From assembly GCA_043825875.1 (NCBI GenBank), contig JBDRRF010000079.1, forward strand, positions 192,001-256,000: DNA of 64,000 nucleotides, in the 5' to 3' direction. Shown here in pieces: positions 60,990 through 64,000 of this stretch. The stretch is from Pseudomonadota bacterium (GTDB taxonomy: Bacteria; Desulfobacterota; Desulfobacteria; Desulfobacterales; RPRI01). Numbering within the stretch: the first letter of the stretch is position 1; each line of letters begins with the position of its first letter. Both the position numbers and the translations under genes were made by a program. Below the pieces are notes generated by a model that was given only the letters and a program-made list of their open reading frames with translations, was not told the origin of the DNA and searched no databases.

Positions 60990-61488
60990 TAACGATTTCG
61001 ATTATTTTCTTGCATCGTAACAATATATAGAACAGCTTCCTCTCAATACCGTGAAATTGGAAGGCTGTCAATATTGCATTTAAATTATTTGATCAACATA
61101 TAATTGATTTTATTAGCATTGTCTAACTTGTTCAATATCCAATTGCTTTTCTTAGGGAGTTAACTGTTCAATAACGATGCAGCCTTTTCGGTTTCCGTTT
61201 TGACTATGTTTTACGTAATTCTCGAGATATGTCTTAATTTAAACGGGCACTATGCAAGCGAGAAAAACAAGAGAGCGAGGTGCCTGGTGAGCAAATGCCC
61301 AAAAAAACCAAGCTACAAAAAAGGATTGAGGAAGAATGCCTTTTATCTCAGTAATAGCAATATCTTATACTGGATAAGGAAGTGCTCTTAATATTACGCT
61401 TATCTTGTATGGGATTTTTAGCCAAAATATGATAAAAAGCTAAGCATCTTATTACAATGTAATAAAAATAAAGCCGGAGCATTTAAGC

Positions 61489-64000
61489 TTGCATAATATA
61501 AAACAGCAAAATTTATTAATTAACAAAATCGAATTCAGGATTAAAAAAGCAATGCGGGCTGACAGGCCGGTTCTTTATCGCGATATCGCAAAACTGAAAA
61601 ACGCTGTTTCCAAAAACTTTGCCGGGCAAAAAATTGAAAGTCTGCTTTCTGATATTACAAAAAAGCTTGATGCTTCAATTCATGAACAAACATTAAGAAG
61701 AAATAATATCCCAAAATTTGATTTTGATTCCGATCTTCCCATAACTGCCAAAAAAGATGAAATAATAGATTCTATTGTTAAAAATCAGGTTGTTATTATT
61801 TCGGGTGAAACCGGATCAGGCAAAACCACACAGTTGCCGAAATTCTGCCTTGCTGCAGGAAGGGGAATTTTTGGGAAGATTGGCTGTACCCAGCCGAGAA
61901 GAATTGCCGCTATTACCGTTTGTGCACGTATTGCACAGGAACTTTCTGAGGAAACCGGAAAGTCTGTCGGCTACAAAATCCGTTTTGACGATAAAACGCA
62001 TAAAGACTCATATATAAAAATAATGACCGACGGCATTTTGCTGGCGGAAGCCAATAATGATCCGTATCTTAATGAATATGACACTATAATTGTTGATGAA
62101 GCACATGAAAGAAGTCTTAACATTGATTTTATACTGGGAGTGCTGAAAACTCTTTTAAAAAAAAGAAAAGACTTAAAACTGATTATTACTTCTGCAACAA
62201 TTGATACCGATAAATTTTCAAAAGCTTTTGATAATGCACCTGTAATTGAAGTTTCAGGCAGGATGTTTCCTGTTGATGTTCGCTATCTTCCTGTTGATTT
62301 TGAACCTGAAAAAGATGAAGACAAAAGCCATGCGGATCTTGCAATAGAAGCTGTTGATAAAATAGTAAAAGAAAATCCATACGGCGATATACTTATTTTC
62401 ATGCCCACAGAATTAGATATCAGAGAAGCAACCGAAATTCTTGAAGGAAGAAAATACAGATCCGTTGAGATAATACCTCTTTTTGCAAGGCTTCCGGCTT
62501 CAGAGCAAAAAAAGGTATTTTTGCCTCTTTCTGCAAGAAAGATTATTATATCAACCAATATCGCAGAAACATCTATTACTATCCCTGGCATAAAATATGT
62601 GATAGACACGGGACTTGCCCGCATCCCGCATTATACTCCAAGATCGCGCTCAACCGCTATGCCAGTAGTTTCCGTTTCAAAAAGCAGTGCTGACCAGCGA
62701 AAAGGAAGGTGCGGAAGAGTAGAAAACGGCATCTGCGTGCGTCTTTATACTAAAGAAAATTACGAAGCCCGCTCTCTTTATACGCTGCCCGAAATTTTAA
62801 GGTCAAATCTTGCCGAAGTAGTATTGAGAATGATTGCTTTAAAACTTGGCGAAGTATCTTCCTTTCCTTTTATAGACAGGCCTTCGCCAAAAAGCATCAA
62901 GGATGGATATGATATTCTTCTTGAACTGGGAGCAATAAAACAGGAGCCAGGCAATAAGGCGCTCTATTGCCTAACCCCAACCGGCAAACTTATGGCATCC
63001 CTTCCGGTTGATCCCAGGCTTTCAAGGATGCTTATTGAAGCACCGAACAGAGGCTGCCTTGAAGAAATGACAGTAATCGCCTCAGCCATAAGCTCTCAGG
63101 ACCCAAGGCAAAGACCTGCCGATAAAACGGAAGAAGCAGACAGGGCGCACAAGGTTTTTTCAGACCCACTTTCAGACTTTATAACTCTTCTTAATATATG
63201 GAATAAATATAATGAGGCTTCAGGTACTACTTCCGGTGCAAGAAAATTCTGCAAAGCAAACTTTCTATCTTTTAGAAGGATGAAAGAGTGGCGCGATATA
63301 CATACACAGATAACAAATATACTAATTGAAACCGGTATGAAAAGCAGGAAAACAGAAAGTGGGAAAGCTTTAAGCGGTGCAAATAAATCAGACAGCAAAT
63401 TCAGCCCGCTTTATACTGCCATTCATAAATCAATACTCAGCGGCTTTTTGTCAAATATTGCCATGAAAAAAGAGAAGAATAATTTTTGTGCAACAAGAGA
63501 TAAATCCGTTATGATATTTCCCGGCTCAGGATTATTCAAAAACCCACCGACATGGATAGTATCTGCCGAAATGGTTGAAACATCGCGTTTTTTTGCAAGA
63601 ACTGCTGCAACCATAGAAAGCGCCTGGATAGAAGAAATCGGAAAAGAGCAGTGCAAATACTCCCATTATGGACCACACTGGGATAGAAAACGCGGAGAAG
63701 TTGTGGCCATTGAAAAAGCAAGTTTATACGGACTTGCAATCGTTGCCGGACGATCCGTATCTTACGGAAAAATAAATCCGGAAGAAGCATCTGATATTTT
63801 TATAAGATGCGCCCTTGTTGAAGAAGATATCGACACCTTTTTGCCTTTCATGGAACATAATAAAAATATAAAAGAAGAAGTTCTGGATATGGAAAACAGG
63901 TTAAGAAAAAGAGATGTTTTCGCAGGAAATGAAACCATCTTTGAATTTTATAAAAAACAGCTTCCTGGAATCTGTGACATTCGCACACTTTCCAGGCACA
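61489..64000 (+). CDS. hrpA: ATP-dependent RNA helicase HrpA, runs off the window (start TTG 61489 or ATG 61552)
   Basis: Manual translation: GETGSGKTTQLPK, TQPRRIAA, MTDGILL, DEAHERSLNIDF, TSATID, QRKGRCGR. Confidence 0.95.
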   Translation, partial: MHNIKQQNLLINKIEFRIKKAMRADRPVLYRDIAKLKNAVSKNFAGQKIESLLSDITKKLDASIHEQTLRRNNIPKFDFDSDLPITAKKDEIIDSIVKNQVVIISGETGSGKTTQLPKFCLAAGRGIFGKIGCTQPRRIAAITVCARIAQELSEETGKSVGYKIRFDDKTHKDSYIKIMTDGILLAEANNDPYLNEYDTIIVDEAHERSLNIDFILGVLKTLLKKRKDLKLIITSATIDTDKFSKAFDNAPVIEVSGRMFPVDVRYLPVDFEPEKDEDKSHADLAIEAVDKIVKENPYGDILIFMPTELDIREATEILEGRKYRSVEIIPLFARLPASEQKKVFLPLSARKIIISTNIAETSITIPGIKYVIDTGLARIPHYTPRSRSTAMPVVSVSKSSADQRKGRCGRVENGICVRLYTKENYEARSLYTLPEILRSNLAEVVLRMIALKLGEVSSFPFIDRPSPKSIKDGYDILLELGAIKQEPGNKALYCLTPTGKLMASLPVDPRLSRMLIEAPNRGCLEEMTVIASAISSQDPRQRPADKTEEADRAHKVFSDPLSDFITLLNIWNKYNEASGTTSGARKFCKANFLSFRRMKEWRDIHTQITNILIETGMKSRKTESGKALSGANKSDSKFSPLYTAIHKSILSGFLSNIAMKKEKNNFCATRDKSVMIFPGSGLFKNPPTWIVSAEMVETSRFFARTAATIESAWIEEIGKEQCKYSHYGPHWDRKRGEVVAIEKASLYGLAIVAGRSVSYGKINPEEASDIFIRCALVEEDIDTFLPFMEHNKNIKEEVLDMENRLRKRDVFAGNETIFEFYKKQLPGICDIRTLSRH

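Noticed and set aside
61775..63790. Short ORFs near the right end
   Set aside because: They are alternative frames or antisense to hrpA, which the track misses because it has no stop in the window.

Overview
AT-rich bacterial chromosomal window, probably from an anaerobic Desulfobacterales-like deltaproteobacterium (inferred from gene content). Most genes are on the minus strand. In order: (1) TonB-dependent receptor, YfiR and sensor kinase triad behind a sigma54-type promoter; (2) standalone Ni-CODH (cooS), a nickel-type uptake cluster and cooT, with two copies of a covarying leader hairpin; (3) a four-gene BzdNOPQ/Hgd-like ATP-dependent radical reductase or dehydratase cluster plus TetR, bracketed by 54-bp direct repeats; (4) a roughly 12-kb accessory tract (23-35 kb) of unrelated co-oriented genes containing one intact attC site, truncated attC cores, an IS3 remnant and three copies of a 55-70 bp repeat just past gene stop codons, i.e. 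a degraded gene-cassette array without an integrase; (5) a 1710-aa cation-chloride cotransporter fused to a P-loop NTPase and coupled to MscS-like genes; (6) a methyltransferase, class I isoprenoid-synthase-like, ABC exporter and diheme cytochrome lipoprotein operon; (7) MacAB-like efflux genes, xerD, aminopeptidase P, a HEPN/MNT pair and hrpA. Four copies of a 142-bp MITE-like element and two paired 8-bp repeat arrays are also present. No rRNA, tRNA or CRISPR array was recognised.
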